A stretch of DNA of 64,000 nucleotides from Haliotis cracherodii (lineage: Eukaryota). A program made the position numbers and the translations under genes. Location: assembly GCF_022045235.1 (NCBI RefSeq), contig NW_027266275.1, positions 56,916,001 through 56,980,000 on the forward strand. The letters run 5' to 3'. The notes below the pieces were generated by a model that saw nothing but the letters and a program-made list of their open reading frames with translations, did no database searches and was not told the origin of the DNA. Shown here in pieces: positions 63,501-64,000 of the stretch. Numbering within the stretch: position 1 is the stretch's first letter; every line of letters starts with the position of its first letter.

Positions 63501-64000
63501 GTTGTCTGTCACAGTACTGACTTAAGATAAGGTATAGAGGAGTGAACAAAACTTGCTGTAATCTAGAATGATGCTATAATTTAAAAACATTTTCCGAATA
63601 ATATGTGTTGCACAACCTTGCATGTGTCATTACAACTGGAAAAGAGGGCATGTGTCAATGTTTTTTTCTCTTCGGCTAATGGATGTGAGTAATGTTAGAT
63701 TTACTCATATTTTTCAGACAGTACTGAGTAGCATTTATAGTTTCATGCAGTATATTTCTATACCCATTTATTAAATGTTTTCTTAGTTTTACTGTCTATT
63801 TCTTTCAGATGAAGTACCACCAACAATTCGATGCCCAGATCCAGTGGTAGAGGAATTCAAGGAAGAAACTGACCACAAATATTGGCAGTTTAGTGTATCT
63901 GCATTAGGTATGATTGTAAGTGATGACAGTGGCAGCACTCCCTCTGTTCTCTTCAACCCTCCAGCACTGAACATTTCTGCAGCCTTCATCAGCCAAGCCA
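9380..64000 (+). CDS. uif: Multi-exon gene (partial; open at both ends): CUB/Sushi/EGF/HYR extracellular or membrane protein, uninflatable-like
   Basis: 16 exons with canonical AG/GT boundaries and consistent phases, about 2955 nt coding, no stops. The long-loop EGF (GYQLFSMDG...[15 protein letters not shown]), the following Sushi exons ([28 protein letters not shown]; [11 protein letters not shown]) and the HYR pair match my recollection of Drosophila Uif. The orthology call is from memory, not a search. Confidence 0.65.
9499..10100 (+). repeat. 53-bp tandem repeat (about 11 copies) made from the exon end plus splice donor
   Basis: Unit acactgatgcagacacagatcatcactctcaat|gtaagtgttgagtaattgac; the first copy overlaps exon 9380-9531. 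Confidence 0.95.
10740..10900 (+). mobile_element. tRNA-derived SINE, family B; another decayed copy at about 46170-46310
   Basis: A-box-like gtggttaaagtg, B-box ggttcgattccc, tail gctggaatattgct..cggcgtaaaac..cactca. Confidence 0.75.
11340..12000 (+). pseudogene. Possible decayed LINE ORF1-like (coiled coil plus RRM) fragment
   Basis: Coiled-coil-like [20 protein letters not shown] followed by [10 protein letters not shown]; heavily broken. Confidence 0.3.
13270..13514. mobile_element. Short palindromic MITE-like element
   Basis: tttcaacgcca / tggcattgaaa ends and an internal inverted pair aaagaagttaagaccac / gtggtctttaacttcttt. Confidence 0.45.
13691..13895 (+). CDS. Exon: CUB domain 1, C-terminal half (..[22 protein letters not shown])
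   Basis: Acceptor cctttttcag, donor aag|gtgggt; CUB STGN and GF..Y motifs; 205 nt, phase 0-1. Confidence 0.9.
13874..15750 (+). repeat. 27-bp tandem repeat (about 70 copies) made from the exon end plus splice donor
   Basis: Unit ttcagattcacatacagacaag|gtggg with variants gaggg, gtgtg, atggg; the first copy is the last 22 nt of exon 13691-13895. Confidence 0.95.
15896..16083 (+). CDS. Exon: CUB domain 2, N-terminal half ([24 protein letters not shown])
   Basis: Acceptor ttttcag, donor act|gtaaga; 188 nt, phase 1-0. Confidence 0.9.
16391..20477 (+). mobile_element. DIRS1-like retrotransposon, internally deleted and decayed, termini intact
   Basis: About 180-bp ITRs (16396-16573 vs 20268-20446), right extension to 20477, ICR about 20115-20200; gag zinc finger [13 protein letters not shown]; MT motif [18 protein letters not shown]; YR fragments. 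Confidence 0.9.
17590..17643 (-). mobile_element. 5'-truncated (TCAC)n-tailed retroelement end with 11-bp TSD
   Basis: tcctactcaga at 17579-17589 and 17644-17654. Confidence 0.8.
21084..21225 (+). CDS. Exon: CUB domain 2, C-terminal half ([22 protein letters not shown])
   Basis: Acceptor ttgttgtacag, donor g|gtaaga; 142 nt, phase 0-1; below the ORF-track cut-off, translated by hand. Confidence 0.88.
21597..21821 (+). CDS. Exon: Sushi/CCP domain
   Basis: [24 protein letters not shown]; ttccag / c|gtaagt; 225 nt, phase 1-1. Confidence 0.92.
21909..22123. mobile_element. Penelope-like element remnant: inverted pseudo-LTR palindrome with minimal hammerhead cores and 15-bp TSD
   Basis: TSD cagacttacatcaga (21894-21908, 22124-22138); arms about 21944-22026 and 22039-22122; motif ttgataa-aggtg..cacc-gaaa-cgtc followed by aataaa. 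Confidence 0.75.
22254..22433 (+). CDS. Exon: Sushi/CCP domain
   Basis: [26 protein letters not shown]; atttcag / a|gtgagt; 180 nt, phase 1-1. Confidence 0.93.
23111..23296 (+). CDS. Exon: Sushi/CCP domain
   Basis: [32 protein letters not shown]; ccgacag / c|gtaagt; 186 nt, phase 1-1. Confidence 0.93.
23245..25787 (+). repeat. 79-bp tandem repeat made from the Sushi exon end plus splice donor, interrupted by a hAT element
   Basis: Unit ctcttctgtacctccagcagtacttggactgcttctgttccttcctgtatac|gtaagtacaacatgtattgcagtcata; about 4 copies before and about 14 after the insertion, some with internal deletions. Confidence 0.95.
23573..24685 (+). mobile_element. Non-autonomous hAT DNA transposon
   Basis: 14-bp TIR CAGGGGGCCGGAAA / TTTCCGGACCCCTG (1 mismatch); perfect 8-bp TSD tctgtacc; subterminal gtccgg/gtccga repeats; TTF-zinc-finger-like fragment [16 protein letters not shown]. 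Confidence 0.9.
26130..26700 (+). mobile_element. Helentron/pearl-like non-autonomous element with internal tandem units; related fragment at about 11010-11120
   Basis: Three copies of ccaaactatca(a/g)aaggcaccagttcacc; the same motif recurs at about 11022; ends not firmly defined. Confidence 0.45.
26814..26993 (+). CDS. Exon: Sushi/CCP domain
   Basis: [26 protein letters not shown]; ctccag / g|gtgagt; 180 nt, phase 1-1. Confidence 0.9.
27665..28716 (+). repeat. 252-bp direct repeats (27665-27916, 28465-28716) bracketing a copy (28097-28465) of segment 33639-34006
   Basis: Direct comparison of the segments. Confidence 0.92.
28195..28374 (+). CDS. Duplicated Sushi exon (copy of 33737-33916); possible alternative exon or pseudoexon
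   Basis: 177/180 nt identical to 33737-33916, intact ccag and gtaagt boundaries, open frame. Confidence 0.55.
28730..32212 (+). mobile_element. Non-autonomous DIRS1-like element (gag remnant plus truncated RT; RNase H and YR deleted), termini intact
   Basis: Left ITR present twice (about 28730-28860, 28861-29010); right ITR and extension about 32043-32212; ICR about 31874-31953; RT motifs [39 protein letters not shown]. Confidence 0.9.
32547..32660 (+). CDS. Exon: calcium-binding EGF domain ([30 protein letters not shown])
   Basis: cbEGF consensus; ttttcag / g|gtaagt; 114 nt, phase 1-1. Confidence 0.95.
32780..33300 (+). repeat. Degenerate (GAT/GAC/AAT)n low-complexity tract in the intron between the two EGF exons
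   Basis: gatgat/gacaat/gataat periodicity. Confidence 0.8.
33320..33511 (+). CDS. Exon: calcium-binding EGF domain with extended C5-C6 loop
   Basis: [39 protein letters not shown]; ttccag / c|gtaagt; 192 nt. Confidence 0.95.
33737..33916 (+). CDS. Exon: Sushi/CCP domain
   Basis: [29 protein letters not shown]; taccag / c|gtaagt; 180 nt. Confidence 0.92.
34428..34631 (+). CDS. Exon: divergent Sushi/CCP domain
   Basis: [25 protein letters not shown]; ccttcag / g|gtgagt; 204 nt. Confidence 0.9.
35650..39370 (+). mobile_element. Heavily decayed DIRS element
   Basis: RT fragments ([34 protein letters not shown]), RNase H ([14 protein letters not shown]), YR ([18 protein letters not shown]); ICR-like and ITR-like segments near 39000-39090 and 39315-39370; boundaries approximate. 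Confidence 0.75.
37254..37294 (+). mobile_element. 5'-truncated (TCAC)n-tailed retroelement end with 12-bp TSD
   Basis: tcttgcagccgt at 37242-37253 and 37295-37306. Confidence 0.8.
39525..40170 (-). mobile_element. Deleted Tc1 transposon remnant
   Basis: [22 protein letters not shown] fragment; terminus (rev. comp.) tactcctcaaaaaaagaaac next to TA. Confidence 0.6.
40374..40642 (-). mobile_element. tRNA-derived SINE, family C
   Basis: B-box gggttcgaatccc on the - strand; same ctggaatattg..cggagttaaac..cactcac tail. Confidence 0.7.
40780..42200 (+). mobile_element. Decayed, deleted DIRS remnant (YR fragments)
   Basis: [21 protein letters not shown]; [16 protein letters not shown]; similar to the YR regions at about 19000-19400 and 38000-38350; start uncertain. 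Confidence 0.6.
42200..42500 (-). pseudogene. Ngaro/DIRS-type reverse transcriptase fragment
   Basis: [33 protein letters not shown]. Confidence 0.75.
43336..43527 (+). CDS. Exon: Sushi/CCP domain
   Basis: [28 protein letters not shown]; ttccag / g|gtgagt; 192 nt. Confidence 0.92.
43879..44061 (+). CDS. Exon: Sushi/CCP domain
   Basis: [26 protein letters not shown]; ccctag / g|gtaagt; 183 nt. Confidence 0.92.
44190..45825 (+). mobile_element. Helentron-associated (HINE/DINE-1-like) non-autonomous element with internal tandem repeats
   Basis: Subterminal inverted repeat gggctccaag (about 44215) / cttggagccc (about 45810); 3' stem-loop ccaggcttttcggcttgg preceded by (AAT)n; duplicated about 160-bp units at 44685-44990; a second 3' end at about 45250-45315. 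Confidence 0.6.
46610..46830 (+). repeat. About 60-bp tandem repeat derived from a SINE tail
   Basis: ggcgtaaa(a/c)c..aactcatcactcac..ttggctt.. about 4 copies, matching 46286-46325. Confidence 0.65.
46889..47128 (+). CDS. Exon: HYR domain 1
   Basis: [37 protein letters not shown]; tttacag / g|gtatta; 240 nt. Confidence 0.9.
47527..48105 (-). pseudogene. Maverick helical/membrane protein (hydrophobic Gly/Ala hairpin; possibly the so-called gasderminX class)
   Basis: [63 protein letters not shown]; family name is from recollection. Confidence 0.55.
48336..49108 (-). pseudogene. Maverick hypothetical protein, possibly fibre-like
   Basis: Two ORF fragments; LSDLGDT / LEDLNDVDV repeats. Confidence 0.35.
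49150..49760 (-). pseudogene. Maverick minor capsid protein (penton-like)
   Basis: [44 protein letters not shown] motifs across frameshifts. Confidence 0.65.
49797..50760 (+). pseudogene. Maverick conserved hypothetical protein
   Basis: [34 protein letters not shown] fragments. Confidence 0.5.
50765..52671 (+). pseudogene. Maverick major capsid protein (double jelly-roll), interrupted by a mariner
   Basis: [21 protein letters not shown]|[18 protein letters not shown] rejoins across the mariner; [25 protein letters not shown]; [10 protein letters not shown]; [18 protein letters not shown]. Confidence 0.75.
50947..51663 (+). mobile_element. Internally deleted mariner (irritans/Hsmar2-like) with a 160-aa ORF at 51109-51591
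   Basis: About 36-bp TIRs (..ggggtgttca(t/a)taa..tttcccct..ccactt) with TA flanks; [12 protein letters not shown] start; [16 protein letters not shown]; RWEKCV..GSYVEK. Confidence 0.92.
52675..53230 (+). pseudogene. Maverick A32/FtsK-like genome packaging ATPase
   Basis: [13 protein letters not shown] (Walker A, partly deleted), LFIIDD (Walker B), [19 protein letters not shown]. Confidence 0.85.
53446..55037 (+). mobile_element. Non-autonomous piggyBac derivative nested in the Maverick
   Basis: TTAA at 53442-53445 and 55038-55041; imperfect TIRs sharing ctgccc/gggcag; acidic N-terminus followed by [22 protein letters not shown]. Confidence 0.65.
55995..56231 (+). CDS. Maverick small Cys/His-rich protein
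   Basis: CGRHC..FCGIH..CSVCG..CLCKKH; 78-aa open frame. Confidence 0.4.
   Translation: MGKPIMCGRHCVKEFCGIHAYYIRQGNINYTCSVCGIGAKGCYCLCKKHVADQIRNKIIYARKRDYINERNRLGRIHV
56291..58475 (+). pseudogene. Protein-primed family B DNA polymerase (pPolB) with N-terminal Rho-N/HeH-like repeats; frameshifted and deleted
   Basis: [17 protein letters not shown] x2, [75 protein letters not shown]. Confidence 0.92.
58500..59133 (-). pseudogene. Maverick rve (DDE) integrase, frameshifted and truncated
   Basis: [45 protein letters not shown]. Confidence 0.92.
59534..61078 (-). mobile_element. Near full-length Tc1 transposon; transposase pseudogene about 60725 to 59750
   Basis: 28-bp TIRs (..tcaaaa..ttagggaacact) with TA flanks; [44 protein letters not shown]. 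Confidence 0.9.
61285..62480 (+). repeat. 85-bp tandem repeat, about 14 copies, with a homogeneous core
   Basis: Unit ttgtgaggaatatctcagacaaagctgtgatcagaacatgactttgaacaaacaaaccagcatcaagttttttccatccttgcca; period checked at 61641, 61726, 61811. Confidence 0.95.
63809..64000 (+). CDS. Exon (runs off window): HYR domain 2
   Basis: Acceptor tctttcag; [16 protein letters not shown].. open to the window end and in phase with the previous exon. Confidence 0.88.

Overview
Animal genomic DNA, most likely a mollusc (the SINE content looks gastropod/abalone-like; this is inference). The window holds the middle of one large + strand gene. Sixteen GT-AG exons from 9380 to the window end splice in consistent phase into about 985 aa with the order CUB-CUB-Sushi x4-cbEGF x2-Sushi x4-HYR x2, resembling Drosophila Uninflatable (uif)/SVEP1-type surface proteins. 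A 17th exon is a displaced copy of a Sushi exon. The introns and upstream region are packed with mobile DNA: at least six DIRS/Ngaro tyrosine-recombinase retroelements (three with recognisable ITR/ICR ends), and a decayed 12.1-kb Maverick/Polinton (adintovirus-like) endogenous virus with both TIRs and a TSD that has itself been invaded by a mariner and a piggyBac derivative. There are also Tc1, hAT, Helentron-like and MITE elements, SINEs and a Penelope-like palindrome with hammerhead cores. Most notable patterns: (1) three unrelated minisatellites (53, 27 and 79 bp units) each built from the exon end plus 5' splice site they abut; (2) a recent out-of-order exon duplication; (3) U1 snRNA-complementary motifs near the 3' ends of DIRS elements; (4) the intronic Maverick. 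All family assignments come from motif recognition, not from database searches.
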